Source: Methanotrichaceae archaeon
GTDB taxonomy: Archaea > Halobacteriota > Methanosarcinia > Methanotrichales > Methanotrichaceae
Length of the DNA: 64,000 bases
Direction of reading: 5' to 3'
Assembly: GCA_963813075.1 (NCBI GenBank)
Contig: CAWEXU010000031.1
Coordinates: 128,001-192,000, forward strand
A program made the translations under genes and the position numbers. Positions within the stretch are counted from its first letter, which is position 1, and each line of letters starts with the position of its first letter. This document shows, one piece after another, positions 1 through 11,887 of this stretch. The notes beneath the pieces were generated by a model. That model ran no database searches and had not been told where the DNA came from. It saw only the letters and a program-made list of their open reading frames with translations.

Positions 1-605
1 TTTCAGGAACAGAGTAATTCATATGCCAGCAGAGCACCGTCCAGCCCGATTCCCTGGCTGCGAGGAAAAGCTCTTCTGCCGCTCTCTTATCGCCTGGATA
101 TATGAAAGGAGGATCTATCAGCAGAAGTCCGGGAGAAGAGCTCTTTAAGATTGACCTGGCTCCGGCAAAGCCATCTTTCAGATGAAATGAAATAGTGGAA
201 TCATCAAGATATTCAGTCCAGGCGGCCTGGACTGAGGGGTCGATATCCCAGATCTGCATCCTCAGGTCTGATTTTTTTCTTTTTGCCAGCTTTGCCACCA
301 GTAGAGCAGACCCTGGATAGCATTCTATCTGCAGAAGGAGGGAGCGATTCAGAGGAATTCAATTCCGTAAGGATATCGAAATAAGGAAAGTCTTTTAGGA
401 GAGGCAGAGCCGGCCAGATTCTGCCGATTCCGCTCTCCCAATCACCAGATGGCTTTAAGGCATACTTTGGGCGTCCCACATGGCTCTCTGCATAAACCAG
501 GCTGCTATCGGGGGTGAGGAGGCAATCAGCCGCCTCAAGCAGGAGGAAATGCTTCCAGACGTCACCTGCATTGCCTGCATGCACTCTGTGATCATAAGGG
601 CCCAT
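1..605 (-). CDS. rlmJ: RlmJ-like N6-adenine RNA methyltransferase; frameshifted, runs off the window edge
   Basis: N-terminal YDHRVHAGNAGDVWKH matches the RlmJ H-A-G-N-x-x-D-V-x-K-H signature. Alternative frames continue with YPGSALL and LLIDPPF (DPPY-type catalytic motif). ATG at 605 overlaps the upstream TGA (TGATG). Confidence 0.7.
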
Positions 606-1087
606 CAGGGCCAATTCTGCTCGTTCTGGTACATCTTCTTGGCGATATTGAAGGCCTGGGCAGGAGTTGCCATGGCGATCTTCTGGGAGTCGTCGAAGTT
701 TGCTTTTGAGGCGGCAGCAGTGGCTGCGGCTGTCCGGAGGAGCTTCTTGTCCACCTCATTGGTCAGCCAGCGGGCTCCACCGATTCCCACCAGCAGAGCG
801 CCGGCGATGGAGGAGATGGAGACGGATATCTCCTCTGCTCCAATTCCGGAGGCAGTCCCAAATAGAACGGCATCGGCAAAGGCTCCATAGAGGCCCCAGG
901 AAATGAAGGCGGCAACCGCTCCCAGGAGGATATTGCCGGCAAATCCGGGACGGATGATTGTAACCCTTCCTGCGCTCTCCTCGCTGGGCTTGACAAAGCC
1001 ATTATCGCTGACAAGCGCATTCACGATTCCTCCTACAGCACCGCTCAACATTATAACTCCAATTGGTATCAGCATCGTAATCGGCAT
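605..1087 (-). CDS. Small three-TM membrane protein, function unknown
   Basis: Three Gly-rich hydrophobic segments (GAVGGIVNAL, NILLGAVAAFISWGLYG, IAGALLVGIGG); translationally coupled to the rlmJ-like gene. Confidence 0.7.
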   Translation of the reverse strand: MPITMLIPIGVIMLSGAVGGIVNALVSDNGFVKPSEESAGRVTIIRPGFAGNILLGAVAAFISWGLYGAFADAVLFGTASGIGAEEISVSISSIAGALLVGIGGARWLTNEVDKKLLRTAAATAAASKANFDDSQKIAMATPAQAFNIAKKMYQNEQNWP

Positions 1088-1389
1088 TGTGTCCTCCCAC
1101 TTTTCATCTCAGATTCTTCCCAGAGAGCATCCATTTCCTCGTGCATCCAAACACCAGGATGGCCCCTGATACATAGGTATCTCTTAATAATTTTTTTAAG
1201 AATGATAAGGAGTCATGCTATTTGAACATTACGCCAAGATAAAATCCGGAGAATAGCTAAAAAAAGTCGCAGATGAATCTTAGAAATCGGGCGTTGCCCG
1301 ATAATTGGAGTTCGGATAAACTAAGTTTTTATAATAGCGGTTATCTGGTGGTAGAAGAGATGCAAATGAATTAACAGGAGCAATAGATC

Positions 1390-3090
1390 TTGAAGATCCT
1401 CCTGATGGGCAATCCCAATGTGGGAAAGAGCGTGATCTTTTCCCGGCTTACAGGAATCGAGGTAGTCTCAGCAAACTACCCAGGCACTACGATCGAGTAT
1501 ACGGAAGGGAGAATGAAGCTAGGGGATAGGATGGCGACGCTCATAGACCCGCCTGGCGTCTATTCTCTTGATCCCACCTCCAAGGTGGAGGAGGTGACCG
1601 GCCAGATCCTGGCCCAGGGTGCAGATGTGGTGGTGAATGTAATCGACTCCACCAATCTGGAGAGAAATCTAAACCTAACCTTACAGCTCCTGGAGAGGGG
1701 TCTAGCCACCGTGGTGGCTCTCAATCTCTGGGACGTGGCAACGCGCAAGGGAATCGAGATCGATACCATCACCCTGGCAGAGGAGCTGGGGGTGGATGTG
1801 GTTCCCACGGTGGCAGTGAGCGGCCAGGGGATCTACGATCTGGTCGAGGCCATAGGAAAGGCGAAAACCCCTAAGCCTGTGCATTTTGAATCATCTGACC
1901 AGCGCTGGGCGCGGATAGGGGAGATAGCGGAGAAGAGCCAGAAGGTCCTGCACCGGCATCCATCCTTTTTTGACCGGCTGGAGGACATCTCACTCAAACC
2001 CCTGACAGGGATTCCCATTGCCGTGCTTATTTTATATCTATCCTTCAGCCTGATAATCGAGATAGGCGAGACGCTGCAGCTGAGGGTCACCGACCCCATT
2101 TTCATCGCCTACTCCAATTTCATTACCGATTTGGTGCAGAGCCATATCAGCTCGGAACTATTAAAGGAGATATTGATCGGCAGCAGTCCGGAGCTCTTAA
2201 AGTCCTTTGGAATTCTGACCACCGGCCTCTATATTCCTCTGGGAGTAGTCCTGCCGTTTTTGATTCCCTTCTATTTGCTCCTGGGAATCCTGGAGGATAT
2301 AGGCTACCTTCCCAGGCTGAGCGTCATCCTGGATGCCTTCATGCACAGGATCGGCCTGCACGGAGCGGCTATCCTCCCCTGCGTATTGGGAATGGGCTGC
2401 AGCGTTCCTGCCGTCCTCTCGGTCCGAATACTGGAATCGGCCAAGCAGAGGTATCTGGCTGCCACCCTGATGACTATGGCTATTCCCTGCGCCTCCCAGA
2501 GCGCCATGATATTCGGCATTCTCGCTCCCTATGGCCTCAGATATATCTTCACAGTCTATGCCACCCTGTTCTTCTCTTTCGTCGTCACAGGCTATCTGCT
2601 CCACAAGTTCATTGGCGGTGAGTCGCCGGAGATCTTCCTGGAGATCCCTCCCTACAGGATGCCCAATCCAAAAGCCCTATTGAAGAAGACCTTCATCAGG
2701 GTGCGGGAGTTCCTGAAAGAGGCCGTGCCTTATATCGGCCTGGGGATGATCATAATGAACTTCTTCTATCTGACCGGACTGATGCACCTGATCGGCGAGG
2801 AGTTGAAGCCGGTTGTATCCGGGCTGCTCGGGCTTCCCAGCGATGCGGCCACGGCATTGATCATCGGCTTTCTCCGCAAGGACGTTGGGATAGGCATGTT
2901 CGCTCCCCTGGATATGAACCCGGTGCAGTATGTCATTGCGGCCGTGGTATTGGCCATGTATATGCCCTGCGTTGCCACATTCATGGTGATGCTCAAGGAG
3001 CTTGGCGTCTCGGGAACGGCAAAATCAGTAGCTTTAAGGCTTGTAGCTGCTCTTGTTGTGGGATCTGCTCTGAACTTTATTCTCAGCTAG
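1390..3090 (+). CDS. feoB: Ferrous iron transporter FeoB
   Basis: GNPNVGKS P-loop, NYPGTT, DPPG, followed by a polytopic membrane domain with GYLPR, GMGCSVPA and YMPC motifs. Confidence 0.95.
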   Translation: MKILLMGNPNVGKSVIFSRLTGIEVVSANYPGTTIEYTEGRMKLGDRMATLIDPPGVYSLDPTSKVEEVTGQILAQGADVVVNVIDSTNLERNLNLTLQLLERGLATVVALNLWDVATRKGIEIDTITLAEELGVDVVPTVAVSGQGIYDLVEAIGKAKTPKPVHFESSDQRWARIGEIAEKSQKVLHRHPSFFDRLEDISLKPLTGIPIAVLILYLSFSLIIEIGETLQLRVTDPIFIAYSNFITDLVQSHISSELLKEILIGSSPELLKSFGILTTGLYIPLGVVLPFLIPFYLLLGILEDIGYLPRLSVILDAFMHRIGLHGAAILPCVLGMGCSVPAVLSVRILESAKQRYLAATLMTMAIPCASQSAMIFGILAPYGLRYIFTVYATLFFSFVVTGYLLHKFIGGESPEIFLEIPPYRMPNPKALLKKTFIRVREFLKEAVPYIGLGMIIMNFFYLTGLMHLIGEELKPVVSGLLGLPSDAATALIIGFLRKDVGIGMFAPLDMNPVQYVIAAVVLAMYMPCVATFMVMLKELGVSGTAKSVALRLVAALVVGSALNFILS

Positions 3091-4387
3091 ATCTGTTTAA
3101 GGATTAGTCTGGCCCTCTCTTTTTGGGCATCCAATCCCATATAGACCGGACCCTGTTGGGGGCTGCAATATACTCCATCAAAATCCATCACTCTTCAATA
3201 CGCTCAGGCTGCTTAGATCCCTGATCTCGATTTTTACTTCTTCCTCTCCTATTTTTCTTCTCACCTGTTTTTCCTTTTCTTCTTCACCTGTTTTTCCTTT
3301 TTATCCTCCTCCTATGATCGTCTTTCTCTCATTAAATCTCAGCCTTTCTTAACTCTAACTTTTTACCCCAAAATCATGACTCTAATATGAAAAATTTAAT
3401 AAAATTCTATTTTCAGAAAAATTAAACAATAAATTATTTCTGAGATAATTAATAGAATAAAGTGTTTATTTTGTTTTTTGATTTTATGATAATTTTAAAA
3501 CATAATCAATTCATCATAATCATAAATAAATAACTTTAATAAAAACTGATTTAACTTGCCAAATCTCTTGTTAATATAGTTATAAATTTTATAAATAAAA
3601 CTGATTGATGATAAAAGGTTTTAAATCGTTTATTTTTATAAATATTTACTTGGGGCAGAAAGTATAGCAGAATGAACCTAGTTAATATTCTATAAAATTT
3701 TATGTATTAATTTTTTCGAAGCCCTGTAATCTTATAGTATATACGAATGAATGGGACAGCAAAACCAATTTGATTTGCAGGACTATTTCCATCTCGTAAA
3801 TAATGAGTATATGCGCCAGGGAGGGTATATTCATGTAGTGTATGGAATGATCCAGTTGGCAAAAGAGAAAATTTCCCCTGGGGCGAAGATGCGATACACA
3901 TAGTTTATGGAATAAAGCATAATCACATGGTATTTCATCTGGCATTTCATCAGTCACCTTAAGTCTTCTCAAAATCTACTTGATTTGAAATAAAATTATA
4001 AAATTTTTAATTTTAATATATCATTATAGTAGTAATCAGATTATTGACAACTTTTATTCTAGTACATAATTTAATATATAATAATTTCAGTACAATATTA
4101 AATAATAAAATTAAAGTTTAAAAAACATAATAATTTTACAACTAATTTAAATAAAATATATAAAGCTCATTTCAAACATTTTTTATTTAAAATATTATAT
4201 TTTCAAACATCCTGAATTCAAGCTTGTAAAGTGAGAGTTACGAGGGAATGAGATGTTCCCCGTCTGCCTGAAGTGAGACCAAATTATTATAAAATTTCTA
4301 TATCCAGGACCTCATCTGCGAACGGATGGAAGGGATAAAATAGGAATTCGATTGCTCTATTAGCGTTCAAGTAAGAGGTCGGGAAAG

Positions 4388-7300
4388 ATGCCCAAGCGAG
4401 AAGATATAAACAAGATCATGATCATCGGGTCTGGCCCGATCGTTATCGGTCAGGCCTGCGAATTCGATTACTCCGGCACCCAGGCCTGCAAGGCGCTAAA
4501 GGCCCTGGGATACAAAATAGTCCTGGTCAACTCCAATCCAGCTACCATTATGACCGATCCGGGGATGGCTGATGCCACCTATATTGAGCCGCTTAATGTG
4601 GAGAGGCTGGCTCAGATCATCGAAAAGGAGAGGCCGGATGCACTGCTGCCAAACCTGGGGGGGCAAAACGGCCTCAACCTGAGCCTTGAGCTCTCCCGCG
4701 CAGGCATTCTGGATAAGTTCAATGTTATGGTTATAGGGGTGAAGCTGGATGCCATCGAGCGGGGTGAGGACAGGATCATCTTCAAAGATACCATGAACTC
4801 CCTGGGGATCGAGGTTCCCAAGAGCACTGCGATCTATACGGTTGAGGATGCGGAAAAGGTGGCCCTGGAACTCGGTTACCCGGTTGTCGTCCGGCCGGCC
4901 TACACCATGGGAGGAACAGGAGGCGGTCTGGTCTATAACGCTGAAGAGCTGAGGACGGTGGTCAGCCGGGGAATTGCCGCCAGCCTGATCGGCCAGGTGC
5001 TGATCGAGGAGTCGGTCGCCGGTTGGGAGGAGCTGGAGCTGGAGGTGGTCAGGGACGCCAAGAATCATATGATCACCGTCTGCTTCATAGAGAATGTGGA
5101 TGCCATGGGCGTACATACAGGCGACTCCTTTTGCACTGCCCCCATGCTCACCATATCCCAGGAGCTGCAGGATAGGCTGCAGGACTTCTCATACCGGATC
5201 GTTGAGGCCATCAAGGTCATCGGCGGGACAAACATCCAGTTCGCTCACGATCCGAAGACCGGAAGGGTGGTGGTGATAGAAATCAACCCCCGCACCTCCC
5301 GCTCATCCGCCCTCGCCTCCAAGGCCACCGGATTTCCCATCGCCCTGATCTCGGCGAAGCTCGCCGCCGGCCTGAACCTGGATGAGATACCCTACTGGAA
5401 GGAGGGAACCCTGGAGAGGTATAAGCCCTCAGGAGATTACGTTGTGGTCAAGTTCCCCCGCTGGGCCTTCGAGAAGTTCCGGGGCTCAAAGGACGTCCTC
5501 GGCACCCAGATGAAGGCGGTGGGTGAGGCAATGAGCATCGGCAAGACCTACAAGGAGGCCTTCCAGAAGGCCATACGCTCACTGGAGAACGGCAGGTATG
5601 GCCTGGGTTTTGCCCGGGACTATAATAGCAGATCTTCTGAAGAGCTCATGATGCTTCTCAAGGAGCCCTCAAGCGAGCGGCAGTTCATTCTCTACGAGGC
5701 GATCCGAAAGGGTGCCGACATCCAAAAGCTCTATCATTTGACCCATATCAAGCCCTGGTTCCTCCAGCAGATGAAGGAATTGGTGCAGCTGGAAGAGGAG
5801 ATTTTGGCCTACAAGGGCAAGTCACTGGCCGATCTGCCAGACGAGCTTCTGGGCCGGGCCAAGAGGGATGGCTTTGCAGACCGATACCTCTCGAAGCTCC
5901 TGGCTGTCCCGGAGGCTGAGATCCGGGCGCGGCGCAAGTCCCTGGGAATTGTGCAGGGCTGGGAGCCGGTGCCCGTGAGCGGGGTGGAGAATGCCTTCTA
6001 CTATTACTCCACATACAATGCTCCCGATAACCCCACCAGCGATAAGATCCCAGCAGCAGCCGGCGAAAGGTCATGGTCTTAGGAGGAGGGCCCAACCGCA
6101 TCGGCCAGGGAATTGAGTTCGACTACTGCTGCGTTCATGCCGCTTTTGCCCTTAAGGATATGGGCATTGAGACCATCATGGTCAACTGCAATCCAGAGAC
6201 GGTCTCGACCGATTATGACACCTCGGATAAGCTGTACTTCGAGCCACTGACGGTGGAGGATGTGCTCAGCATCTATGAGAAGGAGAAGCCTGAAGGGGTG
6301 ATAGTCCAGTTCGGCGGCCAGACGCCCCTGAACATCTCCCGGGAGCTGGAGGAGGCAGGGGTGAAGATCCTGGGGACCTCGGTGGATGCCATAGATCTGG
6401 CTGAGGACAGAGACCGATTCAGGATGATGATGGAGGAGCTGGAGATACCCATGCCGGAATCGGGAATGGCAAGCAACCTCGACCAGGCGCTGGAGGTAGC
6501 GGCAAGGATCGGCTATCCCCTCATGGTCCGGCCCTCATATGTCCTGGGCGGACGGGGGATGGAGGTGATATACGACGAGGAGATGCTCGAAAGGTACGTC
6601 GCTGCGGCGGTCGACGTCACCCCGGAGCGGCCCATTCTCATCGATCGCTTCTTAGAGAACGCCCTGGAGACGGAGGCCGATGCCCTATCCGATGGCCATG
6701 AGGCCTTTGTGCCCGCAGTGATGGAGCATATCGAGCAGGCGGGCATTCATTCCGGCGATTCGGCATGCGTTATCCCTCCGGTGAGCATCTCTGCTGAGCA
6801 CCTCCGAATCATAGAAGAGTACACCCGCAAGATCGCCCAGAAGCTGCATGTGGTGGGCCTGATGAATATGCAGTATGCCATCAGTCACGATGTGGTCTAT
6901 GTGCTGGAGGCCAATCCCCGCGCCTCCCGGACGGTGCCGCTGGTATCCAAAGTGTGCAATGTATCCATGGCCAGGATAGCCACTCAGATGATGATGAATA
7001 AGAGAATGGACGAGCTGGATCTAAAGAAGAGGACTATCCCTCATTTTGGGGTGAAGGAGTCGGTCTTCCCCTTCAATATGTTCCCGGAGGTCGACCCCCT
7101 TTTGGGCCCGGAGATGCGTTCTACTGGAGAGGTCCTGGGGCTGGCCGACTCATTCGGCATGGCCTTCTACAAAGCGGAAGAAGCGGCCAAGCCCTCCCTT
7201 CCCGAAGAGGGGACGGTCATGATCACCGTGGCCGCCAAGGACCGATCGGCGAAGCTGGTGGAGGTTGCGCGGGAGTTCCAGAAGCTGGGCTTTCGCCATC

Positions 7301-7615
7301 AAGGCCACCAGCGGGACCCGAGCGGTCCTGGCAGAGAATGGCATCCAGTCGGAGATCATCAAGAAGATCTACCAGGGCCGGCCCAATATCGATGACGCCA
7401 TCAAGAACAAGGAGATTCAGCTGGTGATTAACACCCCCATCGGCAAGGCCAGCCAGTATGATGACTCTTATATCCGAAAGGCAGCAATCAAATACAAGGT
7501 GCCTTATATCACCACCATTGCTGCTGCCTCGGCGGCGGCGAAGGGGATTAGTGCCTCAAGGGCCGGCCATTCGGGAGTGAAGTCGCTGCAGGAGTATCAC
7601 CGGGATATCAAGTAG
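4388..7615 (+). CDS. carB: Carbamoyl-phosphate synthase large subunit (frameshifts near 6060 and 7290, probably sequencing indels)
   Basis: MPKREDINKIMIIGSGPIVIGQACEFDYSG start; second ATP-grasp half VLGGGPNRIGQGIEFDYCC; C-terminal MGS domain. Spread over ORFs 4388-6082, 6073-7395 and 7265-7615. Confidence 0.95.
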
Positions 7616-7617
7616 AA

Positions 7618-7664
7618 TTGAGAAAGGATCTGGAATTACATCCCTTTCTCAAGCTTTTCTTTTT
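7618..7664 (+). terminator. Hairpin plus T-tract after carB
   Basis: TTGAGAAAGG...CCTTTCTCAA inverted repeat followed by TTTTCTTTTT. Confidence 0.6.
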
Positions 7665-7685
7665 CACAGGCAGTATCTTCTTTCC

Positions 7686-9300
7686 CTATGCCACCGATGC
7701 GCTATAGTAAGGAGATGGCAATGTGGGATAAGCCCAAAAGACATGTCTGAATACATCTTCTGCCCTTTGTGCTACATCAGCTTCTGAATACAGGCCAACA
7801 GGAAGGCCTATATCTTCATTCCATAAAAAGTTATGAATAGTCACTCGAACAGCATCACGAGTTGCTTCCTTATCGCGCCATTGATCAACCCGGAGCTTTT
7901 CCTCCTTCAGCGTTTTCAACAATTCAACGGCCACTTTCTTGATGCGCTTAATATCAGCGCCCCTCTGATCTGGCTTTTTCAGCAGGTCGAAGATGGCCAA
8001 TGATTCTTCATCAAGTCCCTCTCGTACTGCTCTGCTTTCTTCTTCGTTGAGTCCTTGGACGAGCTTGAGCAATGCCTCAAAGGTCTGTTGAATTGTTGCC
8101 CAATCCTTCTCACGGTTGTATTCGGCAACGATCTTCTCGTAGTGTTGCTGGAAGTCTGTGCGCAAGGGATTTTGCTGTAGCAGTCTCTGCAATCGGATCT
8201 CCACTGCCTGACGCAAGTTCTGAACCACTGTGTTCTTGTTCTTGTATCTCTCGAACTCTTGTTTGAGCCGGACGAAGTCGATTTTGCTGATATCGTACGG
8301 CTCCCCAGGCTTAGTCACCGCTTCGGACCGGACATCGATTGCTTCATCCACTAGCTGTTGGAGTTGTCTCATGATGTTTGTGATGTCAGCCTTTTCTCGA
8401 TCCTGCTGGAGGCTCTTGTAAACGATGTTGACCGCATCCCGATCATCACGATAGGCGTTTATGTCCTGGAGGGTGATGCAAGCTCGGAATTTTTTGAAGA
8501 CCTCCCGGCACATGATTTCAAAGCGCTTGCGCGTCTCATCATTTTCGTTGGCCGCCTCTTTACAGGCCGCGATAGCTGCATTGCGCTCAAAGCCTGTCTT
8601 TTGGATTATGTCATCCAAAGGAGCATTCCGCTCATCGAGGAAGGCCCGCACAAAGCTGATCGCCTCGGCCAGATCGGACAGTAGCTCCTCCTCTGGCCTG
8701 GCCGGATCGATCTCACCGCCCGGTTCACCATCTATCTGGGCGGGGACCAGCAAAGGTTGCCAGCGCTCGACGCAAGTGCTTTAGGATGCCGCAGTAGTCG
8801 ACGATCAGGCCGTTGTTCTTGCCCTCGTTCACGCGGTTAGCCCGAGCTATGGCCTGCATCAGAGTATGGGCCTTCAGAGGCTTGTCCAGGTAGAGGGTAG
8901 AGAGGCTCGGCACATCAAATCCTGTCAGCCACATGGCGCAGACTATGGCGATGCGAAACGGATGTTCATCGGTTTTGAAGGCGTCGTCCAGACTAATCCG
9001 CTGCATGTTATGAAACTGGGATTTGCTGCGCATTGACTCAGACAGGTCGATGCCTTCCTTGATGAGTCTGCGATGGGGCGTTATGTCCAGGCCGCTCTTG
9101 CGGAACTTATCGACCTCGCCCTGCTCTTCACTAACCACTACAGCCGCCCGAGTCTCTCGCATCCATTCTATCTGACGCTTAAGATAGATCTCCTCGGTAT
9201 CGTATGAGGTAGAAGAGAGTCCTGCCTCCAGCTCAGCTATCCGTTCTTCCCAGTGACCGTTGATCAGGTTGTACATCCGCACACAGGTTATCTTCTTGAT
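7686..9300 (-). pseudogene. hsdR: C-terminal fragment of a type I restriction endonuclease subunit R (helicase C-lobe plus DUF3387-like tail)
   Basis: IVCAMWLTGFDVPSLSTLYLDKPLKAHTLMQAIARANRV and GLIVDYCGI motifs; nuclease and Walker A/B half missing; frameshift near 8750. Confidence 0.85.
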
Positions 9301-9369
9301 CTTCGAAGCTGGTCGCACTCCCCCTGGATTGTTCTCTTCCATGAGGTCAGGCCCCTTCATTTTCATCCC

Positions 9370-9769
9370 AGGTCAGTTCAAGCCTCGATCTCGGCCACGC
9401 TTGGCAGTCTGCTCTGCAGCTCTTCAGGCAGAGTCTTCACAAGCTTTGTCTCCCAGCCTGCAACACCCATCGGCTTTTGGATTCCACGCAGGGCGTATTC
9501 GACCTCGATGAAATAGATTTCAATTCAACCACTACGTAGGAGCGCAACTTCAGATGATAAAATAATAGGTCAAGGTAATAGTCCTTAGTTGCGAATTCGA
9601 GGTGAACCTGTCTTCCCACAAAGGCAAATCCTTCTCCAAGCTCCAGGAGGAAGCGCTGGATGTGGTCTATCAGCCCTTTTTCCACTTCTCGCTCCCGGCG
9701 TGGATCGGCAGTTCCAAGGAAGTCAAACAGATATGGATCTTTGAATATGCTATCTCGTTTAGTCTTCAT
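9370..9769 (-). pseudogene. DUF1016/YhcG PD-(D/E)xK nuclease fragment
   Basis: KDPYLFDFL, FLLELGEGFAFVGRQ and DLLFYHLKLRSYVVVELK, then in another frame VEYALRGIQKPMGV...LPSVAEIEA. The N-terminus and an internal segment are deleted. Confidence 0.85.
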
Positions 9770-10000
9770 CCCTGGCCAGTGAGGAGCATTATCCCATCGT
9801 CTGACCAGCTTATCATTTTTTGGAGATGATACGAGTAGCTTCTAAAGCTCTTTCCAAGAGCCTCAGTCACGTGCAGCAAAAACCATTCTTCAGGGAGGCT
9901 CTGGCACGCAACGCTTGCTTTCCCGGCTCCTCGACGAGTACGATGACATCCACCTTCAGGATGATATCGCTGCAAGATAAGGTGTCCAATATATCCTTAA
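9766..10000 (-). pseudogene. TumE/DUF6516-like toxin-family gene fragment, truncated by fusion to the DUF1016 remnant
   Basis: Joined frames read DTLSCSDIILKVDVIVLVEEPGKQALRARASLKNG...SYSYHLQK..KLVRRWDNAPHW; YSYH and RWDNAPH are the family hallmarks. Confidence 0.65.
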
Positions 10001-11136
10001 TCTGAGGATTTCGAATATCGTTGCATTAGCATCTCTGAAAAGGACTACGTTAATATTTTCAATTTAAACTCTCATTTCTTTGTGTAATCCTCCATTATTC
10101 GACATCTTTTTCCTATTTTGTCATCATTTCTTGATACTTTTCGCGTTTTTCTCCATAGCTTCCGCTAGGCAGCCTTTTTGGCGACCTTGCCAAGAAGGTT
10201 GAACAAGTTATAACCGATAGCATTGAACGTCATTTTGACTGCAGCTCTTTCAACTGTTGTTACCATAACATGACCTGATTTGAATACTATTTTTATGACA
10301 CTAAAGCATCTTTCCACAGGAGATCGAATACTGCTGATTCTTTTGTTTCGCAATTCATCAAAAATGCTAAGCGGATGCCCCCTTGCTGCTCTTTTCATGG
10401 CTGCATCGTATCCCTTGGTTTCTGCGCCATGATAGCCTTTATCGCCGTATCGAACCTCGCCCTCGTTTGCTAAATCCACCCGGCTGTCATGGATATTGGC
10501 GACGGTTGTCTCAACCTCCCAGATGAAGTGGTTCTCTGTATCCACTTTCGCATGTCCCTTGTATCCGAAATATGATTTGTTTCCTTTCTTCGCCCATTCA
10601 CCATCTTTGCTTCTTCTGGTCTTGGCTTCCTTCCCTCGTGGGACATCGCTCTTAGCATGACCTGGATCAGATGTTATAAAAGTGGCATCTTGAATGACCC
10701 CCTTCTTCACCTCATATCCTTTAGCCTTGAGCTGATTTGTGAATTCTTCCCAGATGGCATCAAGCTTACCGTTTTTTATCAATCTTTCGCGAAACAGCCA
10801 CACGGTAGTATAATCAGGGATAACTTCTGTTGTCCCTAAAAAAACGCGAAACGATATTCTATCTGCGACCTGAAGCTCTAATTGGGGATCTGATAGACCA
10901 TACAGTTGTTGGAGTATGAGGAGCTTAATCATTATAATAATGCTAATATTTGGCCTACCGCCTCGTTCAGTTCTATTTTTATATAGATCGTCTTCGAATC
11001 GCAGAAACGCATCCCAGTCAACTAATTTTGCCAAGGATTTCAGCTTATCGCCACGCGGTTGAACTTTTTCATTATATTCTTGCAAGATAGAAAAGTCTAT
11101 GAGGGTCCTCATAATATGTAATATGGTCATTCTGAG
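10001..11136 (-). mobile_element. IS5-family insertion sequence
   Basis: Contains a DDE transposase; bounded by direct repeat TCTGAG at 10001-10006 and 11131-11136. Terminal inverted repeats are only weakly complementary, so the ends are approximate. Confidence 0.8.
10165..11112 (-). CDS. IS5-family transposase
   Basis: GGRP, LSDPQLE..DRISFRVFLG, PDYTTVWLFRERL, IQDAT, YFGYKGH, YGDKGY and RSPVERCF motifs. Confidence 0.95.
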   Translation of the reverse strand: MRTLIDFSILQEYNEKVQPRGDKLKSLAKLVDWDAFLRFEDDLYKNRTERGGRPNISIIIMIKLLILQQLYGLSDPQLELQVADRISFRVFLGTTEVIPDYTTVWLFRERLIKNGKLDAIWEEFTNQLKAKGYEVKKGVIQDATFITSDPGHAKSDVPRGKEAKTRRSKDGEWAKKGNKSYFGYKGHAKVDTENHFIWEVETTVANIHDSRVDLANEGEVRYGDKGYHGAETKGYDAAMKRAARGHPLSIFDELRNKRISSIRSPVERCFSVIKIVFKSGHVMVTTVERAAVKMTFNAIGYNLFNLLGKVAKKAA

Positions 11137-11452
11137 TTCCCGATAATTTACCTTCCACTTTCAGCCAGTAGCTTTTGGCTGACTCGTAGGCATCCCAGAT
11201 GATGAAGTCATCCCACTCTTCAAAGACCTCCTCTTCCCTCCTTGCTTCTATACGGCGTTTGAAGTCCTCATAGCTCATATTGTATTTCGACCTCATCTCC
11301 AGGATCATGGAATCGAAGTAATGGATCTTTGCTTTAGCCTGATCCAGGACTAGATTCTTCAGAGCCTCCTTTTCATCTTTAAAGAGGCCAATCTTAACCA
11401 GATCGGTTATGGGCTCGAAGACATCCCTGGAGACCTCAATGGTATCGCTCAT
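11137..11452 (-). CDS. TumA-like putative antitoxin; 3' end interrupted by IS5
   Basis: Acidic ~105 aa protein with KYNMSYEDF...EEWDDFIIW pattern, directly upstream of the TumE-like gene once the IS is removed. Confidence 0.55.
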
Positions 11453-11887
11453 TCTTTCCTCACTTAGTAATACATTTATGAAGATATAAATATGATGTGG
11501 TTATTCCTAAACCTCGCCCTGAAACCACTTCGATCAGGGAGAGGCAGATTGCAGAAACGCAAATGCAGGCTGAAAGGAATCCGGTCCTAGCTAGGAAGAC
11601 AATGGCATGGGTGCTAAACCGTTCCATCCCCGCCCGCCTGGAGCATATTTATTAAATTATAAAATTTAAAGCCTTCCCGTCTTCACACTCGCGCCGCGGG
11701 CGTGACGCGCGCATAGCCAGCCAGCACCTGCCAAATCTGCTCGCGCCCGCAAAGAGAGTATTTCACTGCCCGCTATGCATGCTGGATTTTGAATATACGT
11801 CTTCCGCCGGCATATAGCAACAACCGTAATCATGATCACAGAAAAAAAGGGATCCGGCGATGGAGCGCAGTCAATAGACTCCCAGCT

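Noticed and set aside
4388..7615. Programmed frameshifting or real pseudogenisation of carB and the many other split genes
   Set aside because: Single-base shifts occur throughout the window, including in housekeeping genes and often at homopolymers; sequencing indels are the simpler explanation. Short-read polishing would decide.
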